A stretch of 63,817 nt of DNA, the filler included, from Octopus bimaculoides (Eukaryota), in the NCBI RefSeq assembly GCF_001194135.2. It is 8 parts of 8 records of this genome, joined end to end, with 100 filler letters (N's around TTAATTAATTAA, not from the genome) between each part and the next. Parts side by side here need not be neighbours in the genome. Positions count along the whole stretch, not along the records: positions 44,219 to 54,329 come from NC_068990.1; positions 54,430 to 56,395 come from NW_026345578.1; positions 56,496 to 58,628 come from NC_068988.1; positions 58,729 to 62,669 come from NC_068981.1; positions 62,770 to 63,817 come from NW_026364218.1; 3 more parts are not named here. One strand, written 5' to 3'. Under the pieces are notes generated by a model. The model was given only the letters and a program-made list of their open reading frames with translations. It searched no databases and had not been told where the DNA came from. Made by a program: the position numbers and the translations under genes. The first letter of the stretch is position 1. Each line of letters opens with the position of its first letter. Of the stretch, positions 51,746 through 63,817 are shown one piece after another.

Positions 51746-54484
51746 TTTTTTTTTTTAGGTTAATAATAATAATAACAATGCTGTTGTTTTGTTATTGCGG
51801 TGAATGTGTTGTTTGGAACAGCAACTCTTCAGCAAATCCGGATTCATCCATGTAACAGCATCTAATGGAGTGTTTCCTTAAACATTCTTTCCGGATGCTT
51901 GCAATGAAAATTTCCAGTGAGAAGTGTCATACTGCTTCCTGTCACTAAAAAGCGAGTTTTGTGAGCCTTTTCTTATCTCTTGGCCTCAGAGCCATCATTA
52001 ATCCTGATCAGTTGATGTTGTTATTGCCACATCTGTTGTTATTGTTAATTTTGTAGTTGTTGTTTAGGCTGAAGTCAAACAAACCTACGACCGAACGCAT
52101 TTTTGCACATACCATCCCATGTTTTTTTTTTTTTTCCCAAAAGAAAACCAGATGGGATGGTCATAGCAGGACATTTGGCTGCTTATCGATATTCCCTTGT
52201 TAGACCATTACCGGATCCTTTTGATGTTGCTGTTTTGCCTAAAAGCAAACAGCACTTTCCGCTAGGACAATTTCATCTTTGTGTGTACTACAAAGCTATT
52301 CAATTTACCCTCTTTTAAAATAGTAAAGCGTGATTTGAGGGAGATTTGGTTGTGGCATCTAGTAAATCAGTTAAAGTCAAGTAGTTCATTCGTTGGTTCG
52401 ACGCCAGATTCGGTTTTTCTAAACCCTGTTGTTCAATAGGTAATGAAATATCTCGCTTTCTTTTTCATTTCTTCGTGACGGCCCTGAAGCTATAACCATC
52501 AATACCTCATGTGATGATGGTTATCGCTTTTTGGAAAGGGAACCGCCATACCAAATATAGTTTCATACACTATCTAATTACATTAAATAAATCCCAATAA
52601 AACACAGAAATGAAGTATGTACGTAAATGAAAAATAAATGAATTGAAACTGAAAAAAAAAGAAAAAAGGAATGACGATGAAACAAGATATTTTTTTCAAT
52701 AAAATTCAATAAAATTCTATAAAATTCAATAAAATAACACGACCGTATTAATTTCATTTCTGTAGTGATTTTTGTAAGTTTTTCTTTTGTAATAAATCAA
52801 ACAGTTTACAGGTGTTCCTTTTCTATATCAAGATGTTTGCATGTGTGTATGTTTCTGTATGCGTTTCCACACACACACACACACACANNNNNNNNNNNNN
52901 NNNNNNNNNNNNNNNNNNNNNNNNNNNNNNNNNNNNNNNNNNNNNNNNNNNNNNNNNNNNNNNNNNNNNNNNNNNNNNNNNNNNNNNNNNNNNNNNNNNN
53001 NNNNNNNNNNNNNNNNNNNNNNNNNNNNNNNNNNNNNNNNNNNNNNNNNNNNNNNNNNNNNNNNNNNNNNNNNNNNNNNNNNNNNNNNNNNNNNNNNNNN
53101 NNNNNNNNNNNNNNNNNNNNNNNNNNNNNNNNNNNNNNNNNNNNNNNNNNNNNNNNNNNNNNNNNNNNNNNNNNNNNNNNNNNNNNNNNNNNNNNNNNNN
53201 NNNNNNNNNNNNNNNNNNNNNNNNNNNNNNNNNNNNNNNNNNNNNNNNNNNNNNNNNNNATATATATATATATATATATACACATGTGTGCGTACATATA
53301 TGCGCATACACATGTGTGTGCGCGTGTGCATGTGTGTATGCCTCTGTGTGTGTGCGTGTTGTATGTGTGCGTGTGTATGTGTGTTGTGTCTGTGTGAGTG
53401 TGTGCTTCATTGACTACACGAATATGTTCAAGTTCTATTTTTAAAACTTTGTATTTTTCATATTTTCGGATTAGATTTTTGCTGTTGGTTTGCAAGAGTG
53501 CAAATCCTAAATCCATATCCGAAATTTCTAGACCTTCACAGTCTCATTATCAAGAATTGAAAGAAATATATTTAACATTTCTTTTCTTTCTTGTATGCTG
53601 ATAGAATTCGTGTAGACTTTCCACCAAATGTTCTTTTTACTGTTAGTATCATGCATCAACAATCACATGTTGATTTCTTTGTCGTGGTCAAATTTTGACT
53701 GATTAATTTAATATATATATTTTTTTCCATATCAGTTGCTACATAATTTCTAAGGTATCAGTAGCTGCATACCTTTTCTGTTTCATTTATTTTCATTAAC
53801 AGTATTCCAAGCGACCAGGTATTCAATAAGAAATACAACTTATTCCTTCTCCAAGGGAAGAGCACAAAGAAAATTAGAACCAAAAATAAAAGAAGAATCA
53901 ATGTCATTGCTTTATTTTCAGGTTCCGGGATAAGTATTGTTCGGCACCGGAAGGGGAAGTCGTTTGTCACCAGTAGAACGTTTGAAAAGGTAAAGATGTT
54001 TGTGTATGTATGTATTCATGTTTGTGTATGCGTGTGTATGTATATATGCATGTGTATATACATATATATATGTATGTGTTTGTATGTATACACAACTAGA
54101 CGTACACATATGCATATATGCATATGCAGACGTGCGTGCGCCCCACCCACACATACATATTAACATGAAAAATATACTTTTCTGAATAAACCTGCAATTC
54201 TAATCACGCTGTGAAAGATAAAGTGTTTACACCATAAGTTATATTTTTCAGTAGACAGAAAACGTGTAGTGATGATTGGTTTCTAGTTTCCTTAGACCGT
54301 CATCAGAGAAAGAACAGCAAGAATATATANNNNNNNNNNNNNNNNNNNNNNNNNNNNNNNNNNNNNNNNNNNNTTAATTAATTAANNNNNNNNNNNNNNN
54401 NNNNNNNNNNNNNNNNNNNNNNNNNNNNNATATATATATATATGTATGTATGTGTATGTATGTATGTATATGTATGTATATATG

Positions 54485-54815
54485 CGCAGGAGTGGTTGTG
54501 TGGCAAGTAGCTTGCTCACCGACCACATGGTTCCGGGTTCAGTCCCACTGCATAGCACCTTGGGCAAGTGTCTTCTACTATAGGCCTCGGGCCGACCAAA
54601 GCCTTGTGAGTGGTTTGGTAGATGGAAACTGAAGAAAACCCGTCATATATATATATATATATCTGAGTGTTGTGTATATGTTCGTGTGTCTGTGTTTATT
54701 CCCCCCACCATCACTTGACAACCGATGTTGGTGTGTTTACGTCCCCGTAACTTAGCGGTTCGGCAAAGAGACCAATAGAATAAGTACTAGGCTTACAAAG
54801 AATAAGTCCTGGGGT
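54485..54815 (+). mobile_element. SINE family A copy
   Basis: gcgcaggagtggttgtgtggc..gaataagtcctggggtc. Confidence 0.85.
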
Positions 54816-54841
54816 CAATATACATACATACGTATATAAAA

Positions 54842-55125
54842 GGAGCTCTCCGTCGGTTACGAAGACGAAGGTCCCAGCTTGCTCGTGAAATTAACGTGCA
54901 AGTGGCTGAGGACTCCACAGACACGTGTACCCTTAATGTAGTTCTCCGGGAGATTCAGCGTGACACAGAGTGTGACAAGGCTGGCCCTTTGAAATACAGG
55001 TACCAATTATTTTTGCCAGCTGAGTGGACTGGAGAAACTTAAAATAAAGTGACTTATTCAAGCACACAATGCATCGCCAGGAATTGAACTCACGACCTTA
55101 CGATCATGAGCGGAAGTCCCTAATC
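54842..55125 (-). mobile_element. SINE family C copy
   Basis: ctccgtcggttacga..gaattgaactcacgaccttacgatc. Confidence 0.85.
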
Positions 55126-56353
55126 CCTCACAACGAAACCNNNNNNNNNNNNNNNNNNNNNNNNNNNNNNNNNNNNNNNNNNNNNNNNNNNNNNNNNNNN
55201 NNNNNNNNNNNNNNNNNNNNNNNNNNNNNNNNNNNNNNNNNNNNNNNNNNNNNNNNNNNNNNNNNNNNNNNNNNNNNNNNNNNNNNNNNNNNNNNNNNNN
55301 NNNNNNNNNNNNNNNNNNNNNNNNNNNNNNNNNNNNNNNNNNNNNNNNNNNNNNNNNNNNNNNNNNNNNNNNNNNNNNNNNNNNNNNNNNNNNNNNNNNN
55401 NNNNNNNNNNNNNNNNNNNNNNNNNNNNNNNNNNNNNNNNNNNNNNNNNNNNNNNNNNNNNNNNNNNNNNNNNNNNNNNNNNNNNNNNNNNNNNNNNNNN
55501 NNNNNNNNNNNNNNNNNNNNNNNNNNNNNNNNNNNNNNNNNNNNNNNNNNNNNNNNNNNNNNNNNNNNNNNNNNNNNNNNNNNNNNNNNNNNNNNNNNNN
55601 NNNNNNNNNNNNNNNNNNNNNNNNNNNNNNNNNNNNNNNNNNNNNNNNNNNNNNNNNNNNNNNNNNNNNNNNNNNNNNNNNNNNNNNNNNNNNNNNNNNN
55701 NNNNNNNNNNNNNNNNNNNNNNNNNNNNNNNNNNNNNNNNNNNNNNNNNNNNNNNNNNNNNNNNNNNNNNNNNNNNNNNNNNNNNNNNNNNNNNNNNNNN
55801 NNNNNNNNNNNNNNNNNNNNNNNNNNNNNNNNNNNNNNNNNNNNNNNNNNNNNNNNNNNNNNNNNNNNNNNNNNNNNNNNNNNNNNNNNNNNNNNNNNNN
55901 NNNNNNNNNNNNNNNNNNNNNNNNNNNNNNNNNNNNNNNNNNNNNNNNNNNNNNNNNNNNNNNNNNNNNNNNNNNNNNNNNNNNNNNNNNNNNNNNNNNN
56001 NNNNNNNNNNNNNNNNNNNNNNNNNNNNNNNNNNNNNNNNNNNNNNNTATACATATATATTAGGTCAATTTAAACAGAACCCTTGATTCAATAACACTGT
56101 GTATAAACTCTGTATTTGGAATGACCAATTTCAAAGACCGTTGGATTTTACTCATAGGCTAGTGGAATCTTAATAATGGATTTACAAATGCAATGACCAA
56201 TCTTAAAGACTACAGGATTTTACTCACATGGTATTGGAATGTTATATGTATACCATTCTGCCTAAACAATGGATTTACAAATACAATATCCCTACATTCA
56301 CTCTCTATTTCCTATCTTATCTAAACTAACTTTTGCTTAACCATTCTCTCATA

Positions 56354-56395
56354 CCGTCTCCGATGAAGGGATATAATAAATATCCTGGAAACAGC
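56354..56395 (+). ncRNA. Truncated hammerhead-like motif (U4C core variant) cut by an assembly gap
   Basis: CCGUCU-CCGAUGA-aGGGAUAU(aauaa)AUAUCCUg-GAAA-CAGC, then N. The stem III 3' side and stem I partner would lie in the gap. Confidence 0.35.
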
Positions 56396-56495
56396 NNNNN
56401 NNNNNNNNNNNNNNNNNNNNNNNNNNNNNNNNNNNNNNNTTAATTAATTAANNNNNNNNNNNNNNNNNNNNNNNNNNNNNNNNNNNNNNNNNNNN

Positions 56496-56528
<33 letters not shown>

Positions 56529-58591
56529 GTATTATACTCATACTCCGTAATGCAAATTAGACAGAATCAGGTCAGTTTAGCAGCGAGTTTAGTTTGTATA
56601 TACTAAAATCGCTGACTGATGTCTGCTATTCACATGACTACAGTTTTATACGTGCCATATCTCAGTCTAGCTCAAGCCTAAACTAAATACAATTTAATGA
56701 AGTGGCTAATGGTGTGATGTGCACAACTACAGTCTGAGCATATTTGACACTCTCTACTTTCCCTCCAGTGTCCAGATTAGTTCCGTATATTCGTATAATC
56801 TTGTGGCAGGTACAATAGGAGTATGTGGCAAAGTCAGAAACAAAGACGGGAAAGAGAAATAAGGAACGATAAACACCATATATATACAAGAAGACTGTCT
56901 CAGAACGCATCATTTGTTGTTCGGCTCAATAGATATATTAGGATATTTTGAATTAGGTTTTGCAGTTTTACTAGCAAGTTTGATCAATTACTAGCTGTCT
57001 CCGATTAGCGCAAAATCATCCTTGATAAAGTAAAATGATTATCAAAAGGGTTCCAGCCTCAAATTAATTTCTTTCCTAATAAATGTATAAACAGTCCTCG
57101 CACACGCACGTACGCGCATACACACTCTATCACACACACCCACACACCCACCCACACCCACACACACACACATATATGTACACACATACATATATATATC
57201 CGTATACTTATATATATANNNNNNNNNNNNNNNNNNNNNNNNNNNNNNNNNNNNNNNNNNNNNNNNNNNNNNNNNNNNNNNNNNNNNNNNNNNNNNNNNN
57301 NNNNNNNNNNNNNNNNNNNNNNNNNNNNNNNNNNNNNNNNNNNNNNNNNNNNNNNNNNNNNNNNNNNNNNNNNNNNNNNNNNNNNNNNNNNNNNNNNNNN
57401 NNNNNNNNNNNNNNNNNNNNNNNNNNNNNNNNNNNNNNNNNNNNNNNNNNNNNNNNNNNNNNNNNNNNNNNNNNNNNNNNNNNNNNNNNNNNNNNNNNNN
57501 NNNNNNNNNNNNNNNNNNNNNNNNNNNNNNNNNNNNNNNNNNNNNNNNNNNNNNNNNNNNNNNNNNNNNNNNNNNNNNNNNNNNNNNNNNNNNNNNNNNN
57601 NNNNNNNNNNNNNNNNNNNNNNNNNNNNNNNNNNNNNNNNNNNNNNNNNNNNNNNNNNNNNNNNNNNNNNNNNNNNNNNNNNNNNNNNNNNNNNNNNNNN
57701 NNNNNNNNNNNNNNNNNNNNNNNNNNNNNNNNTATATATATATATATATATGAGGCAATGTATGCATAGCCTATGCAGTCCACGAATAGTTATATGTATT
57801 CCCCTTGTAGAGGGAGTTTCAGTGTAATTTGAGGTACCTTTAATAACTACATTCAGTATCACAAGGGATCATGTAGAAGCTTCATTACTGATTCGGTGAA
57901 TATTTCATTAAGGCCGCAGCTGTTGCTTTGCTGTTGCTGCTTTTGGCTTGTCCTCTGTCAGCGCTGATGAAGCGCACATGTGAATGGAGGGTCCAGCTGT
58001 GATCGTGTGAGGTTTTTCCTACCTATAAAGAACACAGATCCACATTCTCCAGTATGTCCTTTTTAAATGACTAGTTCGTGATTTAGATGCTATTTCTTGC
58101 TGGATCTTTTGACCACGTAGAGGCCATAACAAACGTTTAGTTGAATAATCTTTTATAGCTATGGAGAAACAGAACGATGTGAAGGAAATGACGTATGTAT
58201 ACGCGTTAAAACATGGAAACAATAAACAGAAAACGTATATGGAGGAGAGAATAAGTAAGAATGATAGCACAAAAATAACATCGAATATTTGTGTATGAAA
58301 ATGTAAGAAAATTGTGAAAGTTTTTTCCCATATTTTCTGGATACTGTAGATTAGATTAATCCCCTTAGCTACTTATCTTGAGATATGCTGGATCAACAAT
58401 ATTTTATTCCCAATCTCAAGTTCTTTCCCTCAGTCTCTTTTTCCCTCTCCCACTTCTCTCTCTCCACACACACACAAACATATATATAGCTATGTAGATA
58501 TATATATATATACATCTATATATATATATGTGTGTGTGTACATATATGTGTGTGTGTGTGGGTGTGGGTGGGTGTGTGGGTGTGTGTGATG

Positions 58592-58628
<37 letters not shown>

Positions 58629-60215
58629 NNNNNNNNNNNNNNNNNNNNNNNNNNNNNNNNNNNNNNNNNNNNTTAATTAATTAANNNNNNNNNNNNNNNN
58701 NNNNNNNNNNNNNNNNNNNNNNNNNNNNATATATATATACAGAGACACACATATATATTTATATATATATATATCAATACATATATCGTTATCAATACAC
58801 ACCGAATTGGAACAGTCTTTTCAAACACCAAAATCCTTTTAGAAATCATCTCTTCGCCTAACAATAAGCTGTTAAATTAAAATCCGCTTTATGAAAATAA
58901 CAACATTGATATTATTAATACTAACCATTCTTCGAACAATAATACCAACAATATTAGTATTTGTGATATACATTCGAATCCCATTCGTTTCTTTAGCAGT
59001 AATTCTAAGACTAGAAACTCTGTTTATCAATGTAAAGTTACTACCAATTCTGATGTTCGTGTGTGTGTGTGTCTGTATGTGTGTATATATATATACACGA
59101 AATCCATTGTCAAATAGGAAAGTAAGTGGATGGATTGTCAATTCAGATTAATTTTAGTGTATAATTCTCTTAAATGAATTTCAAATATTAATATCAGTAA
59201 CCGTAAACAAAGTGAAAAAATCTCTATTAATTGTTTGTATGAACTCGTTAATTGCAGTATTAAATGATGTCATGTGAATTGATAAGACTGAATATAATAG
59301 AAAAATATCCACAACGCTCGAAATTTGTATTAAGCCCTAATGAATATTATACCAATATACATTTTCATTGTAAATACATGATATAGCAAATTAATCTGAA
59401 ACAATGAAACTAGTGGACGAATATTGAAATGTAAGTTAAGCTTTAGGCAAGTTTTATATTAACGTTTAAGAGAAAATGAAAATGTAGAAAAAATTATATT
59501 ACATTCTTTGTTGCTGAAAGTACTTGAATAATAAAATAAATGATTTACTTCTCATAAGTTGGATACTACTGTAGCGACATTATTTCCTATAACAAAAGCA
59601 AAAACCATAGACAAAACCGAAAAGAAATGTTGAAGTATGATCAGCTTAGAGTTTTGATCGTTATAATATAATTTCATGTGAATATCTAAATCATTTGATA
59701 TCATTTCAGTCAATGCATTAAAATAGAGGTCTTTTGGGACAATATGCAGTACACTCACATTCCACCTTGCTACACACTGTATTTCAAAACATTCAGTCTA
59801 AATCGCCATCCATTGTCAAACAAAGTAAGAGATGAATCACATATACATGTGTTAAATATCCAGATTATTCAATCGAGCTTTATACTATATTCAAAATCTC
59901 CAAGTTCTTACACTACATGTATAATTAGGTTATATTAGATTTTCTATAACGGTACAATATCATCAGTGACATTCCTTCATACCGCATACATATAGGCAGA
60001 TAATGACACACATAAGCAAATATACATATGTATGCATGTATATCTGTATGTATATTGGAACTTTTTATTTTTCTGATATAACATGGTTGTTCTATAAAGG
60101 ATTGTTTTGCTACGTTTTAACCCCAGGAAGACGTCTTTTTCGGCAGGTTAATGACACAACCCGTATTCGATGTATTGTGAGGAAGGGAGCAAATCACTCC
60201 CATCCAGCTTGCAAG

Positions 60216-60261
60216 AGCAGGAGAGCATGGTTTCTGGGCTTTACCCGTCATCGGTACTGCT
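60216..60261 (-). ncRNA. Degenerate hammerhead-like motif (U4C core variant)
   Basis: Minus strand reads AGCAGUA-CCGAUGA-cGGGU(aaa)GCCCa-GAAA-CCAUGC-UC-UCCUGCU. Mismatches in stems I, II and III. Flank resembles the 19.0-19.1 kb element. Confidence 0.4.
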
Positions 60262-60735
60262 AGAGATGGCATTGAATCTCCCTACTCACAATATATAAAA
60301 CGAAAAGCTGCAGACAGCCGTCGATCTCGTAACGAGCAAAGTAGCTAGTTATAAAATCTCTAAAAGCGATAAAAGTAGTAACAATACTGGACAGTAACGT
60401 TTTTTTAACCAACTTAACACGGCACTTCCGTAAAAAAAACTATGGTACTACATTTTATCTGCAGGGAAACGACTTTCCAGCTGTTTAATGACACACAATC
60501 TGTGTCCAGTATATTGTGAGTAAGGGTTTCTATAGGTATATTCCCGTATACACACATTTTGAATAAATAAATATACAGGAAGAGAGAGGGGGAAAGAGAA
60601 AGAGACTGAGGGAGATTTATAAGTGCAAGGACGGGAGAGGTATTAGATTAGATTGGGAAGTAAAATCTGTGTCTTTGAGCTATAATCTTTCTATAGATAT
60701 ATTCCCATATGCACAGGTTAAATAGATAGATATAC

Positions 60736-60785
<50 letters not shown>

Positions 60786-62283
60786 GGAGAGAGAGAAAGC
60801 GAGAGAGAGAGAGCGAGAGAGAGAGCGAGAGCGAGAGAGAGTGTGTGGGTATGTGTGTACGTGTGTGGTAGTGAGAGAAACTGTTTGTGTGCGTGTGCGT
60901 ACTTCAGAGAGCGAGAGAGAGACACACAAGGGGAGAAAGAAATCAAGAGGAATTGAGAAATTACAAAAATCAATCACATATTAAATCGAAGGGTTTAAAA
61001 GTGCAGTCTCTTATGTTCCAGGATCGTGAGTGTAAAGAAAAACGGAATTTAAATGGAAATTACTTTTCTTCGTAAAATTTCAGTTGACTGAAGAATCAAT
61101 TCATGGCGCAGATTCTAAAATGATTTATATATCAAGACTCGTGCAGTCAAATAATTAATTATTTCACTGGTACTTTCCTGGAAAACTACATACCCCTTTC
61201 TGTTTATATATAAAGAAAATAAGGCCGCGTGAGATGTTTAATATTATAAAAAAATGCACTACTTGTAAACAAGAGAGGGTACTTACCTCAAGATAGTTAA
61301 TTTTCGGTAAATCGCAATAATCCAAAAGCAAAAGTTGTGTACATACGATTTTTTTCTGCACTTATTTTCTGAGAGAATCAAATTTTTTATCGTGTAAGTT
61401 GGGATATTTCGTTCGTTGGCTTAATTTTCACTGCGGTTTTACTACACGCTGTAATATAAGTACACGTCGTAAAATATGAGTTTTTGTGTATCCAAACGCA
61501 AAATCTTCGTACTTTTCAAAACTTCCCGAGGAAAGTTCTACGTATGTTTTAGTTTTAGTATTACCTGAAGATAGAATAAAGATTGGTTACTAGGAAGGAT
61601 TAACAATTTTCTACTCTATTTGCTTCGAGATCTCCAGTACGAAGTAAAACCATGTACTTTCAGCAAGTCGCCATGTTATACGTATGTATATATGCATATA
61701 TATATATATATGCATATATATATANNNNNNNNNNNNNNNNNNNNNNNNNNNNNNNNNNNNNNNNNNNNNNNNNNNNNNNNNNNNNNNNNNNNNNNNNNNN
61801 NNNNNNNNNNNNNNNNNNNNNNNNNNNNNNNNNNNNNNNNNNNNNNNNNNNNNNNNNNNNNNNNNNNNNNNNNNNNNNNNNNNNNNNNNNNNNNNNNNNN
61901 NNNNNNNNNNNNNNNNNNNNNNNNNNNNNNNNNNNNNNNNNNNNNNNNNNNNNNNNNNNNNNNNNNNNNNNNNNNNNNNNNNNNNNNNNNNNNNNNNNNN
62001 NNNNNNNNNNNNNNNNNNNNNNNNNNNNNNNNNNNNNNNNNNNNNNNNNNNNNNNNNNNNNNNNNNNNNNNNNNNNNNNNNNNNNNNNNNNNNNNNNNNN
62101 NNNNNNNNNNNNNTATATATACACACATATAAAATATGAATTTTATAAATGTATTTCTCCCAGAAATTAACAGTAGTATGTTTTGAAAATGTTTTAGCAT
62201 CAGTCGACTTATAACAAATATAGTCCATGACAAATGAGTTCAATATGCAAACAAAGAGAGAAGCAAAAGGCAGACATGACAAA

Positions 62284-62534
62284 TAACACAAAGAACGACA
62301 CTTCATCAGCTTCGGCTGTTTATCTACTTGTTTCTGGCATTGAACGAACGTTCTATTTCTTTGTATGTCTACACTCTTCTGTTTTTGTTCCCAACCTTGA
62401 GCCTCCATATATCCTAAATTTTATGTTGGTAGTTATTGGAGCAGCTGTCTTCGAGAGCTCATATTGTCGTTCAATGTTCGAAATGCGGATTAGACAAACA
62501 TCCGACAACTGATGAAGGGTCGTTCCTTGTGTTA
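62284..62534. repeat. Imperfect inverted repeat, ~65-bp arms
   Basis: taacacaaagaacgacacttcatcag..cattgaacga versus the reverse complement of 62467-62534. Confidence 0.7.
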
Positions 62535-62789
62535 CATGTTCTATTTCCCATTTGTTTCTCTCATTGTGTATTGAACTCATGTGTTTGTTTTTATCTCATG
62601 GTGTTTACTTCTGGTGACATCCAGCACCTATATATGCATATGTACGTATATATATATATATATATATATNNNNNNNNNNNNNNNNNNNNNNNNNNNNNNN
62701 NNNNNNNNNNNNNTTAATTAATTAANNNNNNNNNNNNNNNNNNNNNNNNNNNNNNNNNNNNNNNNNNNNAGAGAGAGAGAGAGAGAGAG

Positions 62790-63262
62790 AGAGAAACTGA
62801 TACATAGTTTTACTGCGTCTTTAACTAAGATGCACCAAGATAGGTCTTCAGTGGTTTTTTTCAATAGGTTTTACGGGTTTTCAATATCAGATAGCCCCAC
62901 ACAAATATCCAAAGCTTGGTTGATAAAACCCCGGCTTGTGTCCAGTTTGGTCGGCCCTTGATAGCACTACCCATCCTCGTCTCCAAACCAACTCAAAGCA
63001 ACCTCTGCTGCTTTCACAACCAGCTTCATCCTCTTTTGCCTAATATAGCTCCATCCATGCCAAGCATGTACGGTACAACCAGCCTGCAAGCAATTTGCAT
63101 CCAACCCTGATGTAATCACACTTTGCTTGACCTCATCATGCCTTTGCCATAGCTCCACCAACACACCGAATTACCTTCTCCTTACTCTCGTTTGTCTCAT
63201 CGAAGTGGCTTTTGGATACTTTTAAAAGGAGCATCATATTCGGCTGGAGTATTCCTGTACAT
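62790..63262 (-). mobile_element. HERO-like restriction-like-endonuclease retrotransposon 3' remnant
   Basis: Decayed LQPNMMLL..K and GLDANCLQAGC..RQKRMKLVVKAAEVALSWF, followed by a 3' UTR (ctggacacaagccgggg..ctgatattgaaaacccg..cactgaaga..gtgcatc) resembling the HERO 3' end as I remember it. Confidence 0.5.
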
Positions 63263-63817
63263 ATTAGGAATACACAGATACATGCACGCACACGTACACA
63301 CATACACGTGCACACAGACACACACACACAAAGGTACATAATTTGAATGTTGGTATTCTGAATGCAGTAGAACAATATTCACGATTCCTAATTTATTGAG
63401 ACATGTCTCAATTTTTGGAGAAGTAAAAATGAGAAACCTAGCAAAACTTTTCGTGATTCGCGATACCTAGAATAAGGGCTAAATAATGATACTGAAAAAG
63501 ACCTATATAACCAAACATTTGATAGATTTTCTCATGTATAAAACATGTGATTGCCTTATTATAAATATAAGTAACTGATTGAAATAAACTAAAATACTTT
63601 CGATAGTGAAGGTAAAGCATGATCATATGAGAGATTTATGTAAAATTTCTTAAATTTTCTAAATATATCTGGTCTATTAGAAATTTGAAAATTATATTAA
63701 GGAATTTGGGAAAAGATGTATCGAATTCCCATTTTGAAAGTCTTTACTTAATAGTCTATATTTTATTCATTGGTAATCAGGTTTAGGACCATTTCTATTT
63801 AGAAATAATCAGTTTCA

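Noticed and set aside
54262-54315. CUGAUGA...GAAA on the minus strand
   Set aside because: Stem I does not pair, and stems II and III are broken; at most a heavily decayed relic.

Overview
AT-rich eukaryotic draft-assembly sequence, roughly 15% N. It is almost certainly from a coleoid cephalopod (Octopus-like); this is inferred from the SINE/RTE repeat content and microsatellite density. Nearly all ORFs in the supplied track are artefacts of gaps or microsatellites. The window is dominated by three tRNA-like SINE families, RTE LINE fragments, and decayed Tc1, mariner, maT, Chapaev3, hAT and piggyBac-like DNA elements, plus remnants of two restriction-like-endonuclease retrotransposons (CRE-like and HERO-like). 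Reading by hand found two things the ORF track misses. (1) A spliced minus-strand gene at about 22.6-23.9 kb encoding a small, probably secreted 8-cysteine protein with a cationic/aromatic tail. (2) Several dispersed minimal type-I hammerhead ribozyme motifs: two with intact catalytic cores and two U4C variants. Also present: a CpG-rich CGTT/CGTA satellite inside a single SINE, a 66-bp minisatellite built from an RTE 3' region, a diverged ~250-275 bp tandem repeat, and recurrent local inverted duplications. TTAATTAATTAA spacers inside 100-nt gaps are artificial scaffold joins, so adjacency across them is not guaranteed. No database searches could be run; all family names come from motif recognition.
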